Below are positions 63,430 to 64,000 of a stretch of DNA of 64,000 nucleotides, one piece after another. The first letter of the stretch is position 1; every line of letters starts with the position of its first letter. The notes under the pieces are model-generated. The model had not been told where the DNA came from. It was given only the letters and a program-made list of their open reading frames with translations, and did no database searches. The position numbers were made by a program, and so were the translations under genes. The stretch is from Haliotis cracherodii (taxonomy: Eukaryota): assembly GCF_022045235.1 (NCBI RefSeq), contig NW_027266275.1, positions 57,846,001 through 57,910,000 on the forward strand, written 5' to 3'.

Positions 63430-63650
63430 CCTGTGAAGATCCGGGTTAGAATAGGTCTTCAGCTACCCACGCTTGTCGTAAAAGGCGACTAACGGGATCG
63501 GGTGGTCAGGCACGCCCACTTAGTTGATGCATGTCATCGTATCCCAAATGCGTGGATCGATGTTCATGATGTCAATCATTGGACTGTCTGACCCAGATTC
63601 GATTATTTACAGAATATAGCTGGAATATCGCTAAGTGCGGCGTGAAACAC
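63430..63650 (+). mobile_element. SINE-like family B
   Basis: copy starting CCTGTGAAGATCCGGGTTAGAATAGGTCTTC. Confidence 0.88.
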
Positions 63651-64000
63651 CATCGAATAAACACATTTATAAAATTTAATACGAAAACATTGTTACCTTT
63701 TGAAGTGTCATAAAATCTGTCATATGGCCCTGAAGGACATACCTTGAACCTCCGGCGATGGGCTGAACTTGACGCTTATCAGTATATATTTGTGTACATT
63801 TAGACAGCATTGATACATATAAATTATATTTGTATTGTGATCATATGATAGAAAGATAGATCAAAACATTTGCAAAGTCGCTAACAATTACTTATAAAAG
63901 AAGAGACAGAAAGCAATGTTTACCTGATGGTAAAAGTCGCTGAATATTTGCCTTCGGATGTGATTCTTTTTGTTTCATTTATAAACTTCCACCATGGTTT

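Overview
Animal genomic DNA (AT-rich, intron-rich, SINE-dense). The SINE tails and (ACTC)n ends suggest a mollusc, possibly abalone-like; this is inference only. Two spliced genes lie tail-to-tail. (1) + strand: the 3' part of a Caskin gene (CASKIN1/2, ckn-like), with 8 phase-consistent exons from 26930 to 45239 encoding a linker, tandem SAM1-SAM2, a 2142-nt proline-rich exon and the C-terminal 'LDAML' helix. The ankyrin/SH3 exons are not recognisable and probably lie upstream of the window. (2) - strand: a complete 7-exon RPL18 gene (61940->51854, 188 aa) with a TCT/5'TOP start. Its introns host four copies of a box C/D snoRNA of the SNORD2/snR39B family (guide for a 28S rRNA Gm). The rest is intron or intergenic DNA containing four SINE-like families (many with TSDs), TA- and 8-bp-TSD MITEs, a Tc1 remnant, a Penelope-type hammerhead-like motif and five minisatellites. 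Nearly all ORFs in the supplied track are spurious. Best leads: the snoRNA cluster in RPL18; a head-less SINE with a pseudoknotted 5' RNA domain; a U3-A8 hammerhead variant; candidate Caskin micro/cassette exons; and inverted SINEs bracketing frame-preserving SAM1 exons.
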